DNA from: an uncultured Verrucomicrobiae bacterium
GTDB taxonomy: Bacteria > Verrucomicrobiota > Verrucomicrobiia > Chthoniobacterales > JAATET01
DNA: 64,000 bases
Assembly (NCBI GenBank): GCA_963719495.1
Contig: CAVRCI010000012.1
Location: forward strand, 60,098 to 124,097
Direction: 5' to 3'
Shown: piece after piece, positions 51,305 through 64,000 of the stretch
How the letters are laid out: each line of letters starts with the position of its first letter
Numbering within the stretch: the first letter of the stretch is position 1
Notes under the pieces: generated by a model
Databases searched by the model: none
Told to the model about the DNA's origin: nothing
What the model saw: only the letters and a program-made list of their open reading frames with translations
Made by a program: the position numbers and the translations under genes

Positions 51305-52879
51305 ATGAATCGCGACACCACACTCACCGAACTCCATTCCGCCGCCGCCGACCCCACCGCCACCCCCTACGACTTCCTCGTCATCGGCGGTGGAGCCACC
51401 GGTCTCGGCGTCGCCCTCGACGCCGCCAGCCGCGGCTACCGCACCGTCCTCGTCGAGCAATCCGACTTCGCCAAAGGCACGTCCTCCCGCAGCACCAAGC
51501 TCGTGCACGGCGGCGTCCGTTACCTCAAGCAGGGCAACATTTCGCTCGTTCTCGAAGCCCTGCACGAGCGCGGCCTCCTCTGCGACAACGCCCCCCACCT
51601 CGTCCACCACCTCTCCTTCATCGTCCCGATCTACACCTGGTGGGAAGGCCCCTTCTACGGCATCGGGATGAAAATCTACGACCGCCTCGCCGGCAAACTC
51701 GGCCTCAAACCCTCCCAAATTCTCTCCCGCGAAGAAACCCTCGAGCGCATCCCCACCCTCGAGCCCAATGGCCTCCAGCGCGGCGTCCTCTACTACGACG
51801 GCCAGTTCGACGACTCCCGCCTCGCCGTCAATCTCGCCCAATCCATCTTCGACCGCGGCGGCATCGCGGCGAACTACCTCCAAGTCACCCGCCTTCTCAA
51901 GACCGACGACCTCGTCACCGGAGCCGTCGTCCAAGACGCCGAAAGCGGCGAGGAATTCGAAATTCACGCCCGCGCCGTGATCAACGCCACCGGCGTCTTC
52001 TCCGACGGCGTCCGCAAGCTCGACGAACCCGACGCCCGCGACATCATCGCCGCCAGCCAGGGAGCGCACGTCGTCCTTCCCAAGGAATTCCTCCCCGGCG
52101 ACACCGCGATCATGGTCCCGCAAACCCCCGACGGCCGCGTCATGTTCGCCGTCCCGTGGCACGACCACGTCGTCGTCGGCACCACCGACGGCGAAGTCGA
52201 CACCATCGAACTCGAACCCAAACCGCTCGAGGAAGAAATCGAGTTCATCCTCGCCGGAGCCGCCCGCTACCTCGCTAGAGATCCCAAACGCTCCGACGTC
52301 CTCAGCGCCTACGCCGGCCTCCGCCCCCTCGTTCGCACCGGGGACGCCAAGAGCACCGCCGCCATCTCCCGCGACCACACCATCCTCATTTCGAACTCCG
52401 GTCTCCTCACCATCACCGGCGGCAAGTGGACGACCTACCGCCGCATGGCCCAGGACGCCGTCGACCAGGCCGAGCTCATGGCCGGCTTCGACCGCCGCCC
52501 CTGCGAGACCGAACACCTCCAAATCCACGGCTGGACGAACCAAAAGAACGTCCGCCCCAACCTCGCCGTCTACGGCTCCGACGCCAAATCCGTCGAAGCC
52601 ATCGCCGACGCCGACCCCGCGCTGGCGGAGCCCCTCCACCCCAGCCTCCCCTACATCAAAGCGGAGGTCATCTGGGCCGTCCGCGAAGAAATGGCCCGCA
52701 CCGTCGAGGACGTCCTCGCCCGCCGCACCCGAGCGCTCCTCCTCGGCGCAAAGGCCACCCTCGAAATCGCCGCCGAAGTTGCCGCCCTCATGGCCAAGGA
52801 ACTCAGTCGCGACACAGCATGGCAGGACAACCAAGTCGCCCAATACCAGACCCTCGCAAAACGCTACATCCTGGAATGA
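51305..52879 (+). CDS. glpD: FAD-dependent glycerol-3-phosphate dehydrogenase
   Basis: VIGGGATG.G.ALDAA.RG, DF..GTSSRSTKLVHGGVRYL, GQFDD.RL, GGKWTTYR; ATG 51305. Confidence 0.96.
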   Translation: MNRDTTLTELHSAAADPTATPYDFLVIGGGATGLGVALDAASRGYRTVLVEQSDFAKGTSSRSTKLVHGGVRYLKQGNISLVLEALHERGLLCDNAPHLVHHLSFIVPIYTWWEGPFYGIGMKIYDRLAGKLGLKPSQILSREETLERIPTLEPNGLQRGVLYYDGQFDDSRLAVNLAQSIFDRGGIAANYLQVTRLLKTDDLVTGAVVQDAESGEEFEIHARAVINATGVFSDGVRKLDEPDARDIIAASQGAHVVLPKEFLPGDTAIMVPQTPDGRVMFAVPWHDHVVVGTTDGEVDTIELEPKPLEEEIEFILAGAARYLARDPKRSDVLSAYAGLRPLVRTGDAKSTAAISRDHTILISNSGLLTITGGKWTTYRRMAQDAVDQAELMAGFDRRPCETEHLQIHGWTNQKNVRPNLAVYGSDAKSVEAIADADPALAEPLHPSLPYIKAEVIWAVREEMARTVEDVLARRTRALLLGAKATLEIAAEVAALMAKELSRDTAWQDNQVAQYQTLAKRYILE

Positions 52880-52911
52880 CAGGCCCAATCGCGCCAGCGA
52901 TCCCTCCAAGC

Positions 52912-53075
52912 GGGTAGGGCAGCCGCGCCGCCGGGTGCCCACTACCGGTCACCCGCGACGACCACCCACCCGAGAACCCCCGATACCCCGCCAGCCACTC
53001 CGCAGGACAGCGCCAAGCGAAAACCGGGCACCCAACCCCAAAAGCCACGGAACGCGCGGCGCGCCTTCCCTACCC
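52912..53075. repeat. GTAG-type REP inverted pair
   Basis: Left arm identical to 40957-40986; mate ggaacgcgcggcgcgccttccctaccc. Confidence 0.78.
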
Positions 53076-53262
53076 TTCGGGACGAAGTGGCGGCTGGCGC
53101 CTTTCACCCGCGCCGGCGCCCTCACCCTCGGCATCCGCAGCGTCGTCAGCTTCCAGCCGCAAAAAGGCGCAGAATTCGCAAAAAGTTCAGAAAGTGTCGA
53201 ACCCGCATAGCGACCAGCCTCTTTGAGCCTTCTGCGCCTCTTCGCGGCAAAACACCCAACTG

Positions 53263-53799
53263 CTAGTCGTCTCGGCGAAACAGCTGCTTCGACCGAATCG
53301 TGCTCGTGAAGAGCGAGATCTTGTCGCGCACGACGAACTTCGTTCGCCGCAGCCGGAAGATCCCGCGCACCTCGCCGCTCTGCCCGTTGTTGAACCGCAT
53401 CGTTCCCGTGTAAACCAGGCGCGACGTCTTCGTCGAATACGACCCCTTCATCGTCCCCGTTGCACCATTGGGCAGCGTCACCCGCAGGTTGAGCACGCCC
53501 TTCCGGCGAAATATGTAGTCCCACGCGATCTCGCGATCAGCAAATCCAGCCCGTTGCAGTGTCGAAGTGATCGAAACCTCCGCATTCCTCGGAGGATCGT
53601 CCAAAGCGATCTCCGCTTCGCCCCCGAGCTCGCCGGAAATGCTCGTGAAGAAATTTGCCTCCGTCTGTTTCCCACCCCCGTCGAAATCACCGTCCAGCGA
53701 GCGAAACGGCTTCGGACTGTTTCCAGCCCAAGCCGCTCCCGCCGAGAGGACGAAAGCAGCGGTGACCGCGAACCCTAAGAATCCCAACGTGCGGGGCAC
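53263..53799 (-). CDS. Exported hypothetical protein
   Basis: GTG start right after the upstream stop; signal peptide ending AAWA. Confidence 0.65.
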   Translation of the reverse strand: MPRTLGFLGFAVTAAFVLSAGAAWAGNSPKPFRSLDGDFDGGGKQTEANFFTSISGELGGEAEIALDDPPRNAEVSITSTLQRAGFADREIAWDYIFRRKGVLNLRVTLPNGATGTMKGSYSTKTSRLVYTGTMRFNNGQSGEVRGIFRLRRTKFVVRDKISLFTSTIRSKQLFRRDD

Positions 53800-53800
53800 G

Positions 53801-55108
53801 TTAGGGATTGTAGATGTAGATGCCCGAGGAGCGGTTTCCGAACGATGCCGTGAAGACGACCTGCCCCCTCGTGTTGATCCCACTGGCCGAACCGAAACGA
53901 AGGTTGATGACTTCGCGCTCGACGCCATCGATCGGCAGCACCTGTCCAACCGCGGCGATGACCGTCGGGGTTCCATTCGCCGGATAGTAGAGCAAAGTGT
54001 CGGCGGCATCTTCCACTCCGACCGTCTTTGCCTGCACAAGAAAAGCGATGTCTCCGCTATTGTTGATCGCGGGAGGCCGGAAATCTTGGAGCTGCGAGAC
54101 CACGGCTCCGTTCGGAGCGAAGAGACTTCCGTTGTCGTTCGTTACGAAGCTGACGGCGCCGGAACTCACGTCCGCCCGGTAGATGCCCTGCGTTCCCGAC
54201 ACCGTTGCGGCGAAAGCCACGTTATCGCCGTCGGGGGAGACTCCAGGCTTCCCGTCGAAAGCATCAAACTTGTTCGACCCGGCGGCACCTAAAGGGTTGG
54301 GGGCCACGTCGAAAATCGTCACGAGCGGGGTCGGATCTCCCGTGCGTCCATACCAGATCCCGTCGAAGATATCGGCGTCCTCCGAGATGTCCGCCGTAAA
54401 GAAGAGCTGGTCATTGTTATCAATGACTGGGTCTCCGAAGCCGGTGAATGTTGTGGTGATAGGGAGCCCGATTGGGATTTCGTCCACTGCTACGAGCGGG
54501 TCCAAGTTTCGGCCTGCAACTCGGAATACCGACTGGGGTGAATCATCAACCGCTGTGTCATTTGCCAGAATCGAGATTCGTTTTTTTCGGTTGAAGCCAA
54601 ATTCGACGGTAGATGGGTCAAAACCAGTAAGTCCGACAAATCCGACGGACTTCGCTTTCGGATTCGCTACAGCCAGAAATCCATCGTCGGCTTCTAGCTC
54701 GACAAAATACGCTACTCGCCTTGACTGGTTGATCTGTGGTGTCCGGCCCAAGTCTGAAGGCGTGACGGTCCCGACTCGGCGAACGGTTCCCTCGGTCCCT
54801 TCCCGCGAGAGAAGCTTCACCTTCCCCTTCGATTTCATCGCAATGATCGTGTTGTTTCGCGTGTTCGTCTGCCGACCGAAAACCGATCCGAAAAACGCCA
54901 CGTCACCCCGGTCGTTGAAGGACGGCTCGCCGAACGAGCCGAATTGCAGCACCCGCGAGCGCGGCGGACGGAACTTCTCCCGTGACTCGATTACGGTGGT
55001 GTAGGACTGGGCCAACGCGCCGGGGAGCGTGATCCCGCAGCCAGCGAGGGCGCAAACGAAGCCGATCGTCCGAAGACGGATTCCGGGGCAATGGTTCAAC
55101 GAATTCAT
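53801..55108 (-). CDS. Secreted NxxGxxAF tandem-repeat (beta-propeller-like) protein
   Basis: Repeats NDRGDVAF, NQSRRVAY, NNDQLFF, DGDNVAF, NNSGDIAF, NTRGQVVF; signal peptide. Confidence 0.75.
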   Translation of the reverse strand: MNSLNHCPGIRLRTIGFVCALAGCGITLPGALAQSYTTVIESREKFRPPRSRVLQFGSFGEPSFNDRGDVAFFGSVFGRQTNTRNNTIIAMKSKGKVKLLSREGTEGTVRRVGTVTPSDLGRTPQINQSRRVAYFVELEADDGFLAVANPKAKSVGFVGLTGFDPSTVEFGFNRKKRISILANDTAVDDSPQSVFRVAGRNLDPLVAVDEIPIGLPITTTFTGFGDPVIDNNDQLFFTADISEDADIFDGIWYGRTGDPTPLVTIFDVAPNPLGAAGSNKFDAFDGKPGVSPDGDNVAFAATVSGTQGIYRADVSSGAVSFVTNDNGSLFAPNGAVVSQLQDFRPPAINNSGDIAFLVQAKTVGVEDAADTLLYYPANGTPTVIAAVGQVLPIDGVEREVINLRFGSASGINTRGQVVFTASFGNRSSGIYIYNP

Positions 55109-55261
55109 AAAGTATTGTGGTTAAGGGGTGCTCGACCTGATCCTCCACCTCATCGGGGTCGGGTAGCACGGGAGTTAAGCTCGGAAGGGGCCGAAAACAA
55201 GACGAAACTTCTCTAAACTCTACAAACTTGCAACAATAAGCTCCGAGCGCTGCTGGGTGTT

Positions 55262-56290
55262 TCAATCCTCCCCACCAAGCTCGCCGCCACCATCAAATGC
55301 GAGGTTGTCCCGAACGAGCTGCCAGAGCGAAACGAACTCCGGATCCACCAACCATTCCCCCCGTAGCTTTTCGAGCGCAACGGCGCGCTCGTCCTTGACT
55401 TCCCTCGGCTCTCCCGGCCCGGTGAAAATCCCATCCGCGATCACGAACGCCGGCTGCGAGAGCCGTTGAAGCATCCTCGCCTTCTCCGCATCCTCCACGT
55501 CGGACCGCCGCAGATAACTCGCGAGCGCGTCCGCCGCCGCGGGCTTCAACGGATCCAGGCAGGCAATCAAATCCGCGCGAATCTCCGGCAAGTCCGCCAG
55601 TAAGTCCGGTCGGTCCGCGAGCGTTCGGGCCACCCCGATGGGATTGGCGGTCGCGAGACGGTGCAGGGTGATTCTCGCCGGCCCCGCCAAGGACTCGACC
55701 CGTGCGAGCTGAACGAGATCCGGAACGAACGTCGCGTCCTCCAGAAACACCACCCCGTCGAGCGCCTGTAAAAACGCGAAGGGGGCTTTCGCGAAAGCGT
55801 CGGGGTCCTCGAAAACTCCCCGCAGCCGCTCGGCCAGCGCCGCCATCCCCGCGCCCGAGTGCCGGGCGGCATTTCGCCACGCGACGACGCGCTCGTTGGG
55901 GGTCCCGTCGGGACTGCTGGCGAGTTTCTCCGACACCTCGGCCACGACCTCCCCACCCAACCGGGCACTCTGGTCGTCCAGGTAATCGAGCAGCCCCACC
56001 CGGCGCGAACTCGTGACCAGGCGCCCTTCCTCGCCGAATCCGAAGCGCTCCGGCCCCGTCGACGCCGCGTTGCGATAGCTCTCGCCGATCTCCTCCGCCA
56101 GACGATCGGCCGGAATCGCCTCGAATTCGCGGGCGAGTTCCTCCCGACGGGCCGTCAATTCGGCGATTGGATCGTCGACGCTCCCCCGAGCGAAATCACG
56201 GTCCCCCGGGTCGTCCCGAAGTTCTTCCGCGCGAACGTCCCATGGGAACCCAAGGGCCAGCGCCGTCGCCGCGGCGATCCACCACTTCAC
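55262..56290 (-). CDS. Exported hypothetical protein, copy 1 (intact)
   Basis: Signal peptide; GTGA-coupled to the protease; second copy at 59669-60626. Confidence 0.75.
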   Translation of the reverse strand: MKWWIAAATALALGFPWDVRAEELRDDPGDRDFARGSVDDPIAELTARREELAREFEAIPADRLAEEIGESYRNAASTGPERFGFGEEGRLVTSSRRVGLLDYLDDQSARLGGEVVAEVSEKLASSPDGTPNERVVAWRNAARHSGAGMAALAERLRGVFEDPDAFAKAPFAFLQALDGVVFLEDATFVPDLVQLARVESLAGPARITLHRLATANPIGVARTLADRPDLLADLPEIRADLIACLDPLKPAAADALASYLRRSDVEDAEKARMLQRLSQPAFVIADGIFTGPGEPREVKDERAVALEKLRGEWLVDPEFVSLWQLVRDNLAFDGGGELGGED

Positions 56291-57132
56291 CGAGCCGCTC
56301 GCAGCTGGCGCAGGAGTCGGCGATCGATCGCCCGGATCCCCGACTGCGTGTAGTCGTCGAATCCCGAAACCACGACCCCGATCTGCACGAGTTTCCCCCG
56401 ATACGTCCCGAAGAGCGGTCCGCCGCTCATGCCGCCTTCCGTGCCGTAGGTCGCGTTCTCGAAGTAGGCTCCCCGCTTGCGGAAAAATCCCGCCGTCGGC
56501 TCGACCACCAGTGGCTCCCGGCCATTGTGAAAGTCCAATCCGTATCCCACCGCGACGGTGGGGCGCCCGCTGGTAAGATACGCGTATCGGCTCGTGTAGC
56601 GCGCGGACTGGGCACCCGCCAGGCGACCACGGAACGTGATCCAGCCCGTATCGAACGAAAACGCTCGGTTCGTGTTGGGATCCCGATCCGCCTCGTTCAC
56701 GTAGGTTTCTGCGGTGAGGTAGATTGCCTTAGCCGTGGCCCGGCGCTGGGCGCTGCCCGCATACAACCCCCGGGCAAACCGCACGTTGGAACTAAATCCA
56801 CTCTCGCCGTCGTAGAGATTGTGCCCGGCCGTCAGCGCCACGGTCGGCTTGACGAGCGTCGCGCTCCCGTTGAAACGACCGCGCCCGCTCCGGAAATCGA
56901 GCGAACCCACCATCGTGTAGGGAAACTCGCTCGCCTCGGACCTCGTCAACGGCGCGGGCAGGTTCGTTCCGCGAACGGCTTTGGAATTATGACTCCGGAG
57001 AGCGACTCCCGGGAGGAGTTCGGGTGCTGGAAGAATCGGGGTGCGGTAGGCGGGTTTTTCCCCGGCCAATCCGCTCACGGCCACCGCGATCAGCCAGCCA
57101 AACGCTTGAAGGCCCAGGGAAAGTTTCATCAA
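56287..57132 (-). CDS. Secreted trypsin-like serine protease (V8/glutamyl endopeptidase-like), copy 1
   Basis: GSATLV, TAGHN (His), FDTG (Asp), GGMSGGP (Ser). Confidence 0.85.
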   Translation of the reverse strand: MMKLSLGLQAFGWLIAVAVSGLAGEKPAYRTPILPAPELLPGVALRSHNSKAVRGTNLPAPLTRSEASEFPYTMVGSLDFRSGRGRFNGSATLVKPTVALTAGHNLYDGESGFSSNVRFARGLYAGSAQRRATAKAIYLTAETYVNEADRDPNTNRAFSFDTGWITFRGRLAGAQSARYTSRYAYLTSGRPTVAVGYGLDFHNGREPLVVEPTAGFFRKRGAYFENATYGTEGGMSGGPLFGTYRGKLVQIGVVVSGFDDYTQSGIRAIDRRLLRQLRAAR

Positions 57133-57403
57133 GTGACGGTAAAGGAGACTCCCACGCGCCGCAAACCGAATTTGCCGAAGCCATGGCGACGATCAGATCC
57201 AACCCCGGAGGGCGAGGCTCCCGCCGAGCTACGTTTGAAACAAATCGTCTGAAAACAAAGAACCGCCCGCTTGCGAGTGCGACGTGACGACCGCCGGGAG
57301 GCTCGTCTTCCGGATTCGAGCTATTCCCGCAGAGACTCCACGAATCGCGTCATTTCTCAGTTCGAAAGCTCATAACAAATCGCACGATGAACCTGACCGT
57401 GGC

Positions 57404-57495
57404 TGTAGCGGCGGTCTATGACCGCCGGTGGCCTGGCAGGGGGGGAAGATTCCATTGTCGCGGAAATCAGCGGCGGTCACAGACACGCCGCTACA
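57404..57495. repeat. GTAG-type REP inverted pair (second family)
   Basis: tgtagcggcggtctatgaccgccg ... cggcggtcacagacacgccgctaca; duplicated near 61740-61830. Confidence 0.75.
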
Positions 57496-57558
57496 ATCAG
57501 GAGTCCTCTGATCCTCGAGACTCGGTATCAGGCCCAAGCTCCCCCCGCATCGGCTCGG

Positions 57559-57594
57559 AAAATAGAACAGCCCCGGCTGGTGCCGGGGCTGTCT
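57559..57594 (-). terminator. Intrinsic terminator of groES-groEL copy 1
   Basis: Minus strand acagccccggc-acca-gccggggctgt followed by tctatttt. Confidence 0.7.
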
Positions 57595-57646
57595 GCGATC
57601 TCGAAGCGCCGAGGCGCTTTGGATCAAAGTGTCGGATCGGAACGGA

Positions 57647-59308
<1,662 letters not shown>

Positions 59309-59342
59309 TTAAGAATTAGGTTTTAAGTGGATTGGCTAGGAA

Positions 59343-59636
59343 TTAGCCGAGGATGCCGAGGATGTCGTCCTCGCGCATGATGAGATAGCTGTCGCCGTCG
59401 AATTTGACTTCGGTGCCGCCGTATTTGGAGATGAGGACTTTGTCGCCCTTCTTCACCGTGAATTCGACTTTCTTGCCGTTGTCGTCGAGCTTGCCGGTGC
59501 CGAGAGCAACGACTTCGCCTTCCTGGGGTTTCTCTTTCGCGGTGTCGGGAATGATGATCCCGCCTTTTTTGACTTCACCCTCTTCGAGCGGCTTCACGAG
59601 CACGCGGTCGCCGATGGGTTTGATGTTTGCTGCCAT
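59343..59636 (-). CDS. groS: Co-chaperonin GroES, copy 1
   Basis: [36 protein letters not shown]. Confidence 0.97.
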   Translation of the reverse strand: MAANIKPIGDRVLVKPLEEGEVKKGGIIIPDTAKEKPQEGEVVALGTGKLDDNGKKVEFTVKKGDKVLISKYGGTEVKFDGDSYLIMREDDILGILG

Positions 59637-59668
59637 GGTGTGGTTTTTCTTTTGGTTGTGGTTTTTCA

Positions 59669-60626
59669 GGAACTCCGGATCCTCCAACCATTCCCCTCGC
59701 AGCTTTCCGAGCGCGGCGGCGCGCTCGTCCGTCACTTCTTCCGGCTCTCCCGCCCCGGTGAAAATCCCATCCGCGATCACGAAAGCCGGTTGCGAAAGCC
59801 GCTGGAGCATCCGCGCCTTCTCCGCATCCTCGACGTCGGACCGCCGCAGATAGGTCCCGAGCGCGTCCGCCGCCGCAGGCTCCACCGGATCCAGGCAGGC
59901 AATCAGATCCGCGCGAATCTCCGGCAAGTCGGCCAGTAAGTCCGGTCGGTCCGCGAGCGTTCGGGCCACCCCGATGGGATTAGCGGTCGCGAGACGGTGC
60001 AGGGTGATTCTCGCCGGCCCCGCCAAGGACTCGTCCCGTGCGAGCTGAACGAGATCCGGAACGAACGTCGCGTCCTCCAGAAACACCACCCCGTCGAGCG
60101 CCTGTAAAAACGCGAAGGGGGCTTTCGCGAAAGCGTCGGGGTCCTCGAAAACTCCCCGAAGCCGCTCGGCCAGCGCCGCCATCCCCTCGCCCGAGTGTCG
60201 GGCGGCATTTCGCCACGCGACGACGCGCTCGTTGGGGGTCCCGTCGGGACTGCTGGCGAGTTTCTCCGACACCTCGGCCACGACCTCCCCACCCAACCGG
60301 GCACTCTGGTCGTCCAGGTAATCGAGCAGCCCCACCCGGCGCGAACTCGTGACCAAGCGCCCTTCCTCGCCGAATCCGAAGCGCTCCGGCCCCGTCGACG
60401 CCGCGTCGCGATAGCTCTCGCCGATCTCCTCCGCAAGACGATCGGACGGAACCGCCTCGAATTCGCGGGCGAGTTCCTCCCGACGGGCCGTTAATTCGGC
60501 GATTGGATCGTCGACGCTCCCCCGAGCGAAATCGCGGTCCCCCGGGTCCTCCCGAAGTTCTTCCGCGCGAACGTCCCATGGGAACCCAAGGGCCAGCGAC
60601 GTCGCTGCGGCGATCCACCACTTCAC
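59669..60626 (-). CDS. Hypothetical protein copy 2, truncated at the duplication junction and reading in frame into groES (ORF 59343-60626)
   Basis: Highly similar to 55262-56290 up to DPEF, then [18 protein letters not shown]. Confidence 0.7.
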
Positions 60627-61467
60627 CGAGCCGCTCGCAGCTGGCGCAGGAGTCGGCGGTCGATCCCCGGATCCCCGACTGCGTGTAGTCGTCGAATCCC
60701 GAAACCACGACCCCGATCTGCACGAGTTGCCCCCGATACGTCCCGAAGAGCGGTCCGCCGCTCATGCCGCCTTCCGTGCCGTAGGTCGCGTTCTCGAAGT
60801 AGGCTCCCCGCTTGCGGAAAAATCCCGCCGTCGGCTCGACCACCAGTGGCTCCCGGCCATTGTGAAAGTCCAATCCGTATCCCACCGCCACGGTGGGGCG
60901 CCCGCTGGTAAGATACGCGTATCGGCTCGTGTAGCGCGCGGACTGGGCACCCGCCAGGCGACCACGGAACGTGATCCAGCCCGTATCGAACGAAAACGCT
61001 CGGTTCGTGTTGGGATCCCGATCCGCCTCGTTCACGTAGGTTTCTGCGGTGAGGTAGATTGCCTTAGCCGTGGCCCGGCGCTGGGCGCTGCCCGCATACA
61101 ACCCCCGGGCAAACCGCACGTTGGAACTGAATCCACTCTCGCCGTCGTAGAGATTGTGCCCGGCCGTCAGCGCCACGGTCGGCTTGACGAGCGTCGCGCT
61201 CCCGTTGAAAACGACCGCGCCCGCTCCGGAAATCGAGCGAACCCACCATCGAGTAGGGAAACTCGCTCGCCTCGGACCTCGTCAAGGGCGCGGGCAGGTT
61301 CGTTCCGCGAACGGCTCCGGAATTATGACTCCGGAGAGCGACTCCCGGCAGGAGTTCGGGTGCTGGAAGAATCGGGGTGCGGTAGGCGGTTTTTCCCCGG
61401 CCAATCCGCTCACGGCCACCGCGATCAGCCAGCCAAACGCTTGAAGGCCCAGGGAAAGTTTCATCAA
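60623..61467 (-). pseudogene. Serine protease copy 2, frameshifted
   Basis: Versus copy 1: 1-nt loss near 61388 (GG vs GGG), 1-nt gain near 61210 (A4 vs A3), 1-nt loss near 60665. Confidence 0.75.
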
Positions 61468-61893
61468 GGGACGGTAAAGGAGACTCCCACGCGCCGCAAA
61501 CCGAATTCGCCGAAGCCACGGCGACGATCAGATCCAACCCCGGAGGGCGAGGCTCCCGCCGAGCCGTGTTTGAAACAAATTGTCTGAAAACAAAGAACCG
61601 CCCGCTTGCGAGTGCGACGTGACGACCGCCGGGAGGCTCGTCTTCCGGATTCTGGCTATTCCCGCAGAGACTCCACGAATCGCGTCATTTCTCAGTTCGA
61701 AAGCTCATAACAAATCGCACAATGAACCTCACCGTGGCTGTAGCGGCGGTCTATGACCGCCAGTGGTCTGGCTAGGGGGGAAGATTCCATTGTCGCGGAA
61801 ATCAGCGGCGGTCCCAGACACGCTGCTACAATCAGGAGTCCACTGATCCTCGAGACTCGGTATCTGGCCCAAGCTCCCCCCGCAACGGCTCGG

Positions 61894-61929
61894 AAAATAG
61901 AACAGCCCCGGCTGGTGCCGGGGCTGTCT
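61894..61929 (-). terminator. Intrinsic terminator of groES-groEL copy 2
   Basis: Same hairpin as 57559-57594. Confidence 0.7.
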
Positions 61930-61981
61930 GCGATCTCGAAGCGCCGAGGCGCTTTGGATCAAAGTGTCGGATCGGAATGGA

Positions 61982-63643
<1,662 letters not shown>

Positions 63644-63677
63644 TTAAGAATTAGGTTTTAAGTGGATTGGCTAGGAA

Positions 63678-63971
63678 TTAGCCGAGGATGCCGAGGATGT
63701 CGTCCTCGCGCATGATGAGATAGCTGTCGCCGTCGAATTTGACTTCGGTGCCGCCGTATTTGGAGATGAGGACCTTGTCGCCCTTCTTCACCGTGAATTC
63801 GACTTTCTTGCCGTTGTCGTCGAGCTTGCCGGTGCCGAGAGCAACGACTTCGCCTTCCTGGGGTTTCTCTTTCGCGGTGTCGGGAATGATGATCCCGCCT
63901 TTTTTGACTTCACCCTCTTCGAGCGGCTTCACGAGCACGCGGTCGCCGATGGGTTTGATGTTTGCTGCCAT
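63678..63971 (-). CDS. groS: Co-chaperonin GroES, copy 2
   Basis: Protein identical to copy 1. Confidence 0.98.
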   Translation of the reverse strand: MAANIKPIGDRVLVKPLEEGEVKKGGIIIPDTAKEKPQEGEVVALGTGKLDDNGKKVEFTVKKGDKVLISKYGGTEVKFDGDSYLIMREDDILGILG

Positions 63972-64000
63972 GGTGTGGTTTTTCTTTTGGTTGTGGTTTT

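Noticed and set aside
49754..52879. 1041-aa ORF suggesting a long GlpD fusion
   Set aside because: The N-terminal half is an off-frame read of glpK; real GlpD starts at 51305.

Overview
High-GC bacterial chromosomal segment. A Verrucomicrobiota origin is my inference, from the A|FTLIE prepilin gene, the PVC-style beta-barrel protein, the NxxGxxAF repeat protein and the intergenic repeat families. Most genes are housekeeping: an RND pump, tag, tolB-pal, mrdA, tsaD, a CtpA-like protease, birA, nadC, rnd, nuoBC, xerD, purC, htpG, rnhA, glpK-glpD and groES-groEL. Four things stand out. (1) A GxxExxY (PD-(D/E)XK-like) gene sits exactly inside a pair of inverted 3x10-nt repeats; gene-less pairs of the same repeat and related 3x9-nt families are scattered through the window, suggesting a nuclease plus non-autonomous repeat system. 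(2) Two diverged ~585-bp non-coding elements have 22-bp terminal inverted repeats and two internal palindromes sharing a TAAAA-N4-ACGGCCGT-N4-TTTTA core. (3) An arsenosugar-type operon (GT2, DUF547, an extra radical SAM, ArsM, aquaglyceroporin, ArsS) lies near glpKD. (4) A ~4.3-kb diverged tandem duplication contains groES-groEL, and its junction fuses a secreted protein in frame to GroES. Several single-base frameshifts, mostly in homopolymers, suggest long-read errors. No rRNA, tRNA or CRISPR array was seen. All annotations come from motif recognition by eye; no searches were run.
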